45,954 nt of DNA from an uncultured Rikenellaceae bacterium. GTDB lineage: Bacteria; Bacteroidota; Bacteroidia; Bacteroidales; Tenuifilaceae. Below the pieces are notes generated by a model. It was not told where the DNA came from. It saw nothing but the letters and a program-made list of their open reading frames with translations, and did not search any database. Each line of letters begins with the position of its first letter. Position 1 is the first letter of the stretch. The position numbers and the translations under genes were made by a program. Positions 15,334-24,303 of the stretch are shown one piece after another. The stretch covers positions 1 through 45,954 of the forward strand of contig CAYZSD010000006.1 of assembly GCA_964481075.1 (NCBI GenBank). The letters run 5' to 3'.

Positions 15334-17556
15334 ATGAGAAAAATTATCTGTAGAAATTACTGGCTGTTCCTCATTTTTGTTTTGTTGCTTCATTGGCCAT
15401 CAGTCACATATTCAGACGATGAGAGGAAAATGCAGACCAACCTTGACAGTATAATTCTTGTCAAACCAATTGATGAGCTTTTACCCTGGTTAATTGAAGA
15501 AAGCCGAACAATTCTATACACCAATCCTGAGATTTCTCTTGAATACGCATCTAAAGCCCTTGAGATAGCGCAAGAGAAAAAAAATTCTAATGAGGCAATA
15601 GAGGCTGCAATTGCGGTTGCAAATGCATACATCAATTTAGGGTATTTTTCGCAAGCACATAATCACATACTAAATTCCATTGAACTGGCAAAAAGTATTA
15701 GCGATAAGTATTTATTGGCTACTGCCTGGCGGGTTTACGGTTTTTGGTTCGACATGCAAGGCGATATTAAGAGTGCCATTGAGCATTACCATAAGGCTCT
15801 TGCGCTATACGAAGAACTTGACCATAACGTTGGCAAAGCCGCCTGCTACAATAATATCGGAATAATGCTGTACGAGTTGGGCGACTACGAAGGTGCAATC
15901 AACTTCTATAACAAGTCAAAAGATTTATACTCAGGATCTAACAACCAACGAAATCTATCAAAATCATATTGTAATCTGGGAAATGTTTACGAGAAAATTG
16001 GGGATTACGATACTGCATTAAAATATCTACATGAGGCTTTAAGCATCGACGAAGAACTTGATGACAAACAAGGTAAAGCTGCAACGCTTCACAATATTGG
16101 TTTGGTTTATTATAGCAAGAAAGAATATGCGAAAGCCTTAGCAAATATTCGAAAATCGCTTGTACTATGTCAAGAACTCAATGATAACTATCGAATTATT
16201 ACTCGGTATATCACTTTGAGCGAGATTTATAATACAATTGAGAAGTTTAACGAAGGGCTTTATTATGCCCAAAAGGCACTAGAACTTTCTAGGGAGTTTG
16301 GCACAACAGGACAACAACCCGACATTTACAAAGAGCTTATAAATTCTTATAGCGGATTAAAAAACTATAAAGAGGCCTTTGATGCTCAAAAGTTATACTA
16401 TGCCATTAAAGACAGCCTGCTCGATATTCAAAAAACAAAGGAAATAGTTAAAATTCAAACTAGCTATGAAGTGAAACAGAGCCAACAAGAGCTTGAAAAG
16501 ACTAAATCCCTGGCGGCCAAAGATCGAAAAGTAAGGAATGCTTCTGTTGTGGCTTTCATCTTGGCAATAATTCTTACCCTTCTTATATATCATGCCTATA
16601 GAAATAAGATTAGAACTAACAGGTTGATTTTTGAGAAGAACGTTGAGCTGGAACAGGCGAATGCTGAAATTCTCGCCCAGCACGATGAGCTAGAAAACCA
16701 AAGGGATAGGTTGGTTAACCAAAACGATAAGCTCGAAGAGGTTAATAACCATATTACCCAAAGTTTGATTTACGCTCAGAGTATTCAAGCTGCAATTCTT
16801 CCTTCGGAAAAAATATTGGCTCAAATTAGTTCCCAGTATTTTGTGGTGATGAAACCGTGTGAAGTGGTTAGTGGGGATTTTTTCTGGGCTACATGCTTTG
16901 ATGAATACCAAGTTTTTTGTGTAGCCGATTGTACTGGTCATGGTGTACCCGGTGCGTTTATGAGTGTTTTGGGTATAACCCAACTCAACGATATTGTAGC
17001 AAGACACAGGATTACCAACCCAACCGATATCCTAAACTACCTTAGGCAGGGTGTAATTGAGGCACTTAGCCAAAACAACCCAGACCAACTTCATAAAGAT
17101 GGGATGGATATTGCTCTCTGTGTGTATAATAGTAAAACCCGAGAGTTAGGCTTCTCGGGGGCAGGGCTACCCCTTTGGTTGGTTACCAAAACACCAGAGT
17201 TGTTAGGCACACCAAAATCTGTTGAACCTTTCTCTCAGGATGGTAATTATTTGCTTGAAATAAAGGGTGATATAATGCCCGTAGGTTTTTCTCCTCGCAT
17301 GAAACCTTTTGCAAATCATAAAGTTATCCTTAATGCTAGTAGTGTGTCAGTTTATCTTTCAACCGATGGCTTTGCCGATCAGATTGGTGGGAGTGAGAGG
17401 ACAAAATTTGGAAACACCAGGCTAAAAAAACTAATCCTCGATAGTGTTAACTCAAATTTTTCAGCTCAAAAGAGTATGTTAGAGACAACATATAATGATT
17501 GGAAGGGTAGTAACTTTCAGGTAGATGATGTGTCTATCTTAGGTATAAGACTTTAA
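15334..17556 (+). CDS. TPR-repeat sensor / PP2C (SpoIIE-type) phosphatase, paralog 2
   Basis: Signal/anchor, TPR array, TM (VVAFILAIILTLLIY), coiled coil (AEILAQHDELENQRDRLVNQNDKLEE) and a PP2C domain (YAQSIQAAILPSEK, VSGDFFWAT, QVFCVADCTGHGVPGAFMSVLGIT, DGMDIALC, STDGFADQ, DDVSILGIRL). Confidence 0.85.
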   Translation: MRKIICRNYWLFLIFVLLLHWPSVTYSDDERKMQTNLDSIILVKPIDELLPWLIEESRTILYTNPEISLEYASKALEIAQEKKNSNEAIEAAIAVANAYINLGYFSQAHNHILNSIELAKSISDKYLLATAWRVYGFWFDMQGDIKSAIEHYHKALALYEELDHNVGKAACYNNIGIMLYELGDYEGAINFYNKSKDLYSGSNNQRNLSKSYCNLGNVYEKIGDYDTALKYLHEALSIDEELDDKQGKAATLHNIGLVYYSKKEYAKALANIRKSLVLCQELNDNYRIITRYITLSEIYNTIEKFNEGLYYAQKALELSREFGTTGQQPDIYKELINSYSGLKNYKEAFDAQKLYYAIKDSLLDIQKTKEIVKIQTSYEVKQSQQELEKTKSLAAKDRKVRNASVVAFILAIILTLLIYHAYRNKIRTNRLIFEKNVELEQANAEILAQHDELENQRDRLVNQNDKLEEVNNHITQSLIYAQSIQAAILPSEKILAQISSQYFVVMKPCEVVSGDFFWATCFDEYQVFCVADCTGHGVPGAFMSVLGITQLNDIVARHRITNPTDILNYLRQGVIEALSQNNPDQLHKDGMDIALCVYNSKTRELGFSGAGLPLWLVTKTPELLGTPKSVEPFSQDGNYLLEIKGDIMPVGFSPRMKPFANHKVILNASSVSVYLSTDGFADQIGGSERTKFGNTRLKKLILDSVNSNFSAQKSMLETTYNDWKGSNFQVDDVSILGIRL

Positions 17557-17576
17557 GTGTTTAAAACGATAATGCA

Positions 17577-19661
17577 ATGCAACCGGTAAAACGAGGTATT
17601 TTTTTTCTAATTTTTTTTTTGTGGCTGTTCGCATCTTCAAAGCTTTCGCTCGGAAATAGTGGTGATACAATTAGGTGCAATCAGTATCTTGAGATGGCTA
17701 GGAATAGTTTGAATAATCCTGAAGTTGCCACATTATATATCGACTCGTGCATTGCAATTGCAAAAGGATCAGGGAATAATATTTTCTTGGCTCGAGCATA
17801 CCTGTTGTTGGGAAATATACTTATCAGAAATGATGAGTACCCAACGGCACTAAAACACCTGCTTGAAGGTCTTAATTTGGCTGTAAATCAAAACGATGTA
17901 TTACTTACAAGTAAATTGTATAATAGCATAGGCTTAGCATACTACTTTCAAAACCCAGAGTATTTCTCACAAGCAATTGAATACCACAAGAAAGCGATTG
18001 AGATTCAGAGTAGGTTGAACGATTCTATTAGTTTGGATAGAAGCTATGTGTTTCTTGGAAACATTTACGGTGATCCAATTTCTTCTACAACTTACAACCC
18101 CGATGAAGCATTAAACTATTACTTAAAGGCACTTGCCATTCAAGAAAAGCTTGGTGATAAGGATAGGCTTGGTAGGATTCTAGGACATATAGGGTTTATT
18201 TACATATCTCAAGGTAAACTCGATGAAGCCCATGAAATTCTAACCCGATCACTTAGTATATTCGAAGAACTTGCTGATAGGAAGGGCTTAATGGTTACTT
18301 ACTACCGTCTAGGAGCCCTTAAGCGTCAGTTGGGAAGATATCAGGAATCGGCTGACTTTCTAGTCCGTGTTATTGAAATGGCCAACGAATTCAACGATAA
18401 GGATCTTGCAAATAACGCACACGAATCGCTTTCGAATACATACACTAGAATGGGAAATTATAAGAAGGCCTTACACCATTACAGACAATCGGTTGAGATT
18501 AAATTTGAACTACATAGTATTGAACGCCTGAATAGTATAACCGAATTTGAGAAAAAGTATGAAACTGCTCAGAAAGAAAAGGAGATTGAAATTCTAAAAC
18601 GGGAGTCTGAGCTAACTGAAATTCGCATGAAGAAGCAACAGACAGTAACGTTCTCTATCATAGGTGGTTCTTTGTTGTTAATTCTTGTAATAGTCCTACT
18701 ATACAGATCCAATGCCTTGAAAAACAGGGCAAATACTATTCTGCTACAGAAGAACGCTGAGATATCGTTACAAAAAGAGGAAATTGAAGCCCAACGAGAT
18801 GAAATTGAGGGCCAACGTGATTTGGTTGTTAAACAACGCGATGCTATTGAAAAGGTTAATAATCAGACTATTGAAAGCCTTCGTTACGCTCAAAGTATTC
18901 AGGCGGCATTGCTTCCTTCTGAAAAAGTTCTTCAGCAAATAAGCCGAGATTATTTCGTGCTAATGAAGCCTTGCGAACTGGTGAGCGGCGATTTCTTTTG
19001 GGCAACAACTTTCGATGAGTTTCAAGTTTTTTGCGTAACCGACTGCACTGGACATGGAGTACCCGGGGCTTTTATGAGTATTCTGGGAATAACTTCATTA
19101 AATGATATAGTAGCAAAACACCGTATAACCCGACCTTCCGAAATACTTGGGCATCTTAGGCAGAGCGTTGTTGAAGCGTTGAGTCAGAATGACTCCAGTG
19201 AGACACATAAGGATGGAATGGACATAGCCCTTTGTGTCTTCAACATAAAAACCCGAGAATTGCAGTTTGCAGGCGCAGGCATCCCTTTGTGGTTAGTTTT
19301 CGAAAAAAATACTATTAATGTAGAAGAATACTACGAGAAGATTGATAGAGAAGATTTTGTGTTTTGTGAGGTGAAAGGCGACATCATGCCTGTTGGTCGT
19401 TCGCCAAGAATGAAACCTTTTAGCAATCATACCTTTGCGCTGAAAAATAGTAGCCTATCCCTTTATATAGCTACCGATGGTTTTGCCGATCAGGTTGGCC
19501 AGGGCGGTAAGTATGGTAACCAGCGTTTGAAGTCGTTTATTCTTAGAAATACAACGAAATCTTTTGATTATCAAAAAAATCTCCTTTCTGAAGAGTTTGA
19601 GAATTGGATGGAAGAAAAATATCAGATTGATGATTACACAATTTTGGGAATTAAAATTTAA
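17577..19661 (+). CDS. TPR-repeat sensor / PP2C (SpoIIE-type) phosphatase, paralog 3
   Basis: Same architecture. The PP2C block is nearly identical to paralog 2 (YAQSIQAALLPSEKVL, VSGDFFWATTFDEFQVFCVTDCTGHGVPGAFMSILGIT) and the coiled coil reads EEIEAQRDEIEGQRDLVVKQRD. It starts 20 nt after paralog 2. Confidence 0.85.
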   Translation: MQPVKRGIFFLIFFLWLFASSKLSLGNSGDTIRCNQYLEMARNSLNNPEVATLYIDSCIAIAKGSGNNIFLARAYLLLGNILIRNDEYPTALKHLLEGLNLAVNQNDVLLTSKLYNSIGLAYYFQNPEYFSQAIEYHKKAIEIQSRLNDSISLDRSYVFLGNIYGDPISSTTYNPDEALNYYLKALAIQEKLGDKDRLGRILGHIGFIYISQGKLDEAHEILTRSLSIFEELADRKGLMVTYYRLGALKRQLGRYQESADFLVRVIEMANEFNDKDLANNAHESLSNTYTRMGNYKKALHHYRQSVEIKFELHSIERLNSITEFEKKYETAQKEKEIEILKRESELTEIRMKKQQTVTFSIIGGSLLLILVIVLLYRSNALKNRANTILLQKNAEISLQKEEIEAQRDEIEGQRDLVVKQRDAIEKVNNQTIESLRYAQSIQAALLPSEKVLQQISRDYFVLMKPCELVSGDFFWATTFDEFQVFCVTDCTGHGVPGAFMSILGITSLNDIVAKHRITRPSEILGHLRQSVVEALSQNDSSETHKDGMDIALCVFNIKTRELQFAGAGIPLWLVFEKNTINVEEYYEKIDREDFVFCEVKGDIMPVGRSPRMKPFSNHTFALKNSSLSLYIATDGFADQVGQGGKYGNQRLKSFILRNTTKSFDYQKNLLSEEFENWMEEKYQIDDYTILGIKI

Positions 19662-19730
19662 ATTGCTTTCTTTATAGTGTGCAAAATACTGATTAGTAAA
19701 CAAGAAGATAACCGTCAAACCTTCTGAATT

Positions 19731-21956
19731 GTGCAATCGAAGCTATCAATTTTTGATTTTAGGTGCAAACCAATTGCAAAAAAACGGATTGGCTTTTTGT
19801 TGCTTACTTTCATTTTTGTAACCATCCTCATTAATAATGCACTATCACAGTTAAACCCTTATGTTGATAGCCTAAACCATGTCTTAAAACAAGCTAACCA
19901 CGATACAATCCGAATCAAGACACTGCTCGATCTGGGTGATTTTTATGAAGTTACTCTTCCAGAAAAGGCAATAGAATACTTCGAACAAGCCTTAACTATT
20001 GCCGAACAAAATGCTGATAACGGGAGACGGTTTAAGGAACTAGCTGTTGTTTGTACAAGATATATTGGTACAGTGCATTACAATCAAAGTGCTTTCGATA
20101 AGGCTATGGGTTACTTTCTTCGTTCGCTCAGTTTGAGCGAGGAGCTAAGCATGAAATCGGCCATCTCAGCTGCACTAAACAACATTGGAAGAATTCACGA
20201 GTCTTTAAGAAATTTTGACCAGGCCATAAGCTATTTCAACCAATCCATCAAGGTCTCTCAGGAGATAAACGAGGATCTTGGTGTGGCACGTGGTTACAAT
20301 AATCTTGGAGCAACCTACTCACAATCAGGTGAAATACACCTCTCGATAACGTACTTTGAAAAGGCTGCCAAGCTATTTGATAAGCTAGGGCTTAAACGTT
20401 ATATGGCTACAACCTATAATAACATTGGAATATATTACTTAGGGCTCATTCATTCAAAAGAGGACTCCGATTCAACAGAAAGCTATTACTTTAGAGCTGC
20501 TAGTTTTTTTGAAAAAGCCGCCCCTGTTTACAGGGAAATGGAAGAACTTTACGATCTTTCTCTATGCCTTGCGAACATGGCACAGGTTTACGACCAGATA
20601 AATACCCTTTTGCACGATATGCATCCGAAAAAGGAATGGTACAGAAAGTCTGCCATTGAAACAGGTACGGAAGCTATTGATGTGGCACGTAGGATAAAAA
20701 ACTTTAGGGCTATCTACTATTCAGCACATGCCTTAAGAGAGCTGAATAAAAGACACAAGGATTACAAGGAAGCATTACGCTACGCTGAAATCATTATCGA
20801 TAACAATGATAGCATATTCAAACAAGAGAAACTCCGAAATACGGCTGAACTTGAGGCTAGATATAAAACCCAGAAAAAGGAGCAGGAGCTTGAGAACCAA
20901 ATGTTGGTTGCCAGTCGCCAACGCCTACTTCGAAACACTTTGGTAGTTGGGTTGGTACTAACTATTCTGCTAGCAGCATCGCTTTATCGGGGATACCTTA
21001 CCAACCGAAAGGCCAACGATTTAATTAGCAAGCAGAATCATACCCTCGAACAGGCAAATGCCGAAATTATGGCTCAAAGGGATGAGGTACAAAAGCAAAG
21101 GGATATGCTTATTAGCCAAAATGAGATTTTAGAGCAAGCCAAATCGCATATAACCAACAGCTTATTGTATGCCCAAAGTATTCAGGCAGCAATTCTTCCT
21201 TCGGAAAAGGTTCTAGAGAGCATAAGTTCAGACTATTTTGTTCTGGTAAAGCCCTGTGAACTAGTGAGTGGCGACTTTTTCTGGGCTACTCACTTCAATC
21301 ATTATCAAGTTTTTTGTGTGGCCGATTGTACTGGTCATGGTGTGCCTGGGGCATTTATGAGTATTTTGGGTATTACAGCACTAAATGAGATTATTGGGAA
21401 GCATAAGGTTGTAAAACCTAGTGAGGTACTAAACCAGCTTCGAGCCAGCGTTGTTGAAGCCCTAAGCCAGAATGCACCAATGAATCGTCATAAAGATGGC
21501 ATTGATATTGCTCTTTGTCTCTTTGATACAAATACAAGAGAGTTGCAATTTGCTGGGGCAGGGCTTCACCTTTGGATAGTATTCAAAAAGCAAGAAATGT
21601 GTAATGAGGAGAACAACCGAACGAGAGTAATAGAAAAGAACGGTTATTCACTTTGCGAAGTAAAAGGTGATACCATCCCCGTTGGCTACTCACATCGTTG
21701 TGAACCCTTCAAAAATAATGTTATCCAACTAAATAGCACTTCGGTTAGTATTTACCTTGCCACCGATGGATATGCTGATCAGTTTGGAGGTGAAAATTAC
21801 TATAAATATACCTCCAGAAAGTTACGTTCTCTAATACTAGAAAACTGTCATCTTCCGATGGAACTGCAAAAAAATATTTTACTAGATGAGCATAATCGCT
21901 GGAAGGCCAATTACGACCAAATTGATGATATAACAATCTTAGGGATAAAGGTATAG
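19731..21956 (+). CDS. TPR-repeat sensor / PP2C (SpoIIE-type) phosphatase, paralog 4
   Basis: Same architecture. TM is LVVGLVLTILLAASLY, coiled coil AEIMAQRDEVQKQRDMLISQNE, and the PP2C motifs are conserved (VSGDFFWATHFNHYQVFCVADCTGHGVPGAFMSILGIT). Confidence 0.85.
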   Translation: MQSKLSIFDFRCKPIAKKRIGFLLLTFIFVTILINNALSQLNPYVDSLNHVLKQANHDTIRIKTLLDLGDFYEVTLPEKAIEYFEQALTIAEQNADNGRRFKELAVVCTRYIGTVHYNQSAFDKAMGYFLRSLSLSEELSMKSAISAALNNIGRIHESLRNFDQAISYFNQSIKVSQEINEDLGVARGYNNLGATYSQSGEIHLSITYFEKAAKLFDKLGLKRYMATTYNNIGIYYLGLIHSKEDSDSTESYYFRAASFFEKAAPVYREMEELYDLSLCLANMAQVYDQINTLLHDMHPKKEWYRKSAIETGTEAIDVARRIKNFRAIYYSAHALRELNKRHKDYKEALRYAEIIIDNNDSIFKQEKLRNTAELEARYKTQKKEQELENQMLVASRQRLLRNTLVVGLVLTILLAASLYRGYLTNRKANDLISKQNHTLEQANAEIMAQRDEVQKQRDMLISQNEILEQAKSHITNSLLYAQSIQAAILPSEKVLESISSDYFVLVKPCELVSGDFFWATHFNHYQVFCVADCTGHGVPGAFMSILGITALNEIIGKHKVVKPSEVLNQLRASVVEALSQNAPMNRHKDGIDIALCLFDTNTRELQFAGAGLHLWIVFKKQEMCNEENNRTRVIEKNGYSLCEVKGDTIPVGYSHRCEPFKNNVIQLNSTSVSIYLATDGYADQFGGENYYKYTSRKLRSLILENCHLPMELQKNILLDEHNRWKANYDQIDDITILGIKV

Positions 21957-22020
21957 GTGTTTCTATACAATAAATTATTGATAATACTTTTATTAGTAAC
22001 CTAATCAAAACCTGATTATT

Positions 22021-23376
22021 ATGTCAATTCATCGATTATTTGTATTCTTTTCCCTAATTATTAATCTCTTAGGTTACTCATTTGCAGCTTCTACTGATAG
22101 CCTTTACCATCTTCTTGAGAAGACTAAGGACTATGAATCTAAGATTAAACTACATAAGCAGTTGGCTCAGGAGTTTTGGACAGCGAATCACGATTCTTGC
22201 AACTATCACCTTGATAAAGCTCAATATTATGCTTTGAAGGAGAAACTGACAGAAGAGGCGAAGGCAATTTCCTTTATTAGAGGGATTTTTTTAATTGAAA
22301 CAGGTCAGTTTGATAAGGCACTTGAAGTATTTCATTGGTTACTCGACCAAACAACCGACGAAACAGATCCTTCGGTAATGGCAAGAATTCTCGGGAATAT
22401 TGGGAACTGTTATAACCATAAAAATTACGTTTCAAAAGCAATAGAATACTACGAAAGAGCCATCACCTATTTTGAGGAACTCGATAGCAAGCAAGGCTTG
22501 GCAACTGCCTACAGCATGATAGCCAATCTTTTTTACCAAAACTCAAACTATCGGGAAGCTATTCAATATTTTTTTAAAGGCATTGATTATTTTAAGCAAG
22601 CTGAAAACGGTCAAGGTATTGCAATCAATACCATGAATATTGGTGTTTGCTACAAAGAGTTGAACTACCCCGATTCTTCAATTATTTACTATAAAAACGC
22701 TCTTTCAAGATTCGAAGAGATTGGCAATATGCCCTTTTATCAGGCACAGTGCTTAGCCAACATTGGTAATTACTACTACTACTTTGCTGAAAAAAAGAGT
22801 TTATTGGAGGCTGAAAAGTATTTACTGAAAGCAGAGGCAATTTTTAATCAAATGCATAATCCACTTTCAATAATTCAGATAAACCATGATATTGCTAGTC
22901 TTCAGCTTGAAGCAGGAAAGTTTGATGGAGTTCTGAAAAGAATTGATTTTAGCTTAGATCTGTCAAGGAGAAATCGATTCGACAATCTTATCCTTCATAG
23001 CTATCACATGAAATGGAAATATTATGATAAGATAAATGACTGTAATAATGCACATAAATGGCTTCGGGAATACATTAAACTAAAGGATTCAATTGACCTT
23101 TCAGAGAGGAAGCAAAATATCGACTTTATTCTTGCTCAGTTCGATACAGAGCGAAAAGAAAAGGAAATTGAATTACTCAAGCAATCTGAAATAATCAATC
23201 GCTTAGAATTAAAACGGAAAACCCAAGCCCAGTATATCACCCTAATCGGGTTACTGGGTGCGCTTGCGTTTGTTGCTTTTCTTTATATAAACAGCAGTAA
23301 GCGTAAGCGGATTAACCAATTGCTTTCAACACAAAACCAGGAGATTAACCAGCAAAAAGAGGAAATTATTGCATAG
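22021..23376 (+). CDS. N-terminal (TPR + TM + start of coiled coil) portion of TPR-PP2C paralog 5, terminated by an in-frame TAG
   Basis: Signal/anchor, TPR repeats and TM (ITLIGLLGALAFVAFLYI). The ORF ends ...QKEEIIA followed by TAG at 23374..23376, at the position where paralogs have Gln in the QRD helix. It is in the same reading frame as the following ORF. Likely an interrupted gene or pseudogene. Confidence 0.6.
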   Translation: MSIHRLFVFFSLIINLLGYSFAASTDSLYHLLEKTKDYESKIKLHKQLAQEFWTANHDSCNYHLDKAQYYALKEKLTEEAKAISFIRGIFLIETGQFDKALEVFHWLLDQTTDETDPSVMARILGNIGNCYNHKNYVSKAIEYYERAITYFEELDSKQGLATAYSMIANLFYQNSNYREAIQYFFKGIDYFKQAENGQGIAINTMNIGVCYKELNYPDSSIIYYKNALSRFEEIGNMPFYQAQCLANIGNYYYYFAEKKSLLEAEKYLLKAEAIFNQMHNPLSIIQINHDIASLQLEAGKFDGVLKRIDFSLDLSRRNRFDNLILHSYHMKWKYYDKINDCNNAHKWLREYIKLKDSIDLSERKQNIDFILAQFDTERKEKEIELLKQSEIINRLELKRKTQAQYITLIGLLGALAFVAFLYINSSKRKRINQLLSTQNQEINQQKEEIIA

Positions 23377-23406
23377 CGTGATGAGATTGAAAGGCATAGA
23401 GATGTT

Positions 23407-24255
23407 GTGCAGGAGCAGAACGTAAAGCTTGAGAAATTTCGTCAACACACCACCGAAAGTCTTCGCTATGCACAAAGCATTCAGGCCGCAATTTTACCCT
23501 CTGAGAAAGTAATTCATAGCATCAGCGAAGAGCATTTTGTGTTAATGAAACCATGCGAATTTGTGAGTGGAGATTTCTTTTGGGCTACAACGTTCAACGA
23601 GTTTCAAATTTTTTGTGTAGCCGATTGTACCGGGCATGGGGTGCCTGGTGCATTCATGAGCATTCTTGGAATCACTGCTCTTAACGATATTGTTATAAAA
23701 CACAGGATATCCAAACCATCCGATATCCTCGGTTACCTTCGTCAGAGTGTAATAGAAACCCTAAGCCAGAACGATGCCGAACAGCTACATAAGGATGGAA
23801 TGGATATTGCGCTTTGCACTTTCAATAGTAAAACCCGTGAGTTACAATTTGCAGGCGCAGGAATACCGATGTGGGTTGTAACAAATAATCCAGAGTGCAA
23901 ATTGCTTTTCGAGGCGAAAAGTGAGAAAGTAGAATATCAGAATTTGAATCTTTTCGAAGTAAAGGGTGATCCCATGCCAGTAGGGCTTTCGCCACGAATA
24001 AAGCCTTTCACTAATAGTGTTTATGCGCTGAATAATAATTCAGTAGCAATCTATCTCCTTACGGATGGCTATACTGATCAATTTGATGAAACAAGGCAAG
24101 CCAAGTACGGAAACCAAAAGCTTAAAAAGCAAATTATTGAAATAAACCACTTAGCTTTTACCGAGCAAAAAGTGCATCTTGAAAAAGAATTTGATGTTTG
24201 GAAGGGTTCTGGCTATCAACTTGATGATGTTGCAATACTAGGAATAAAAATTTAG
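23407..24255 (+). CDS. C-terminal PP2C/SpoIIE phosphatase-domain portion of TPR-PP2C paralog 5 (same frame as 22021..23376)
   Basis: Complete PP2C domain very similar to paralogs 2-4 (YAQSIQAAILPSEKV, VSGDFFWATTFNEFQIFCVADCTGHGVPGAFMSILGIT, DGMDIALC, LTDGYTDQF, DDVAILGIKI). The frame is continuous with the upstream ORF across a single TAG. Its own start would be a GTG at 23407. Confidence 0.6.
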   Translation: MQEQNVKLEKFRQHTTESLRYAQSIQAAILPSEKVIHSISEEHFVLMKPCEFVSGDFFWATTFNEFQIFCVADCTGHGVPGAFMSILGITALNDIVIKHRISKPSDILGYLRQSVIETLSQNDAEQLHKDGMDIALCTFNSKTRELQFAGAGIPMWVVTNNPECKLLFEAKSEKVEYQNLNLFEVKGDPMPVGLSPRIKPFTNSVYALNNNSVAIYLLTDGYTDQFDETRQAKYGNQKLKKQIIEINHLAFTEQKVHLEKEFDVWKGSGYQLDDVAILGIKI

Positions 24256-24303
24256 AACCATTGCAAAATAAAACTTACATTTGATGACTAATTAAATATT
24301 TTT

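Noticed and set aside
22021-24255. Programmed stop-codon readthrough or selenocysteine at the TAG in paralog 5
   Set aside because: The stop is TAG, not TGA, so it is not a Sec codon. No SECIS-like hairpin follows. The substituted position is an ordinary conserved Gln. A point nonsense mutation or a sequencing error is the simpler explanation.
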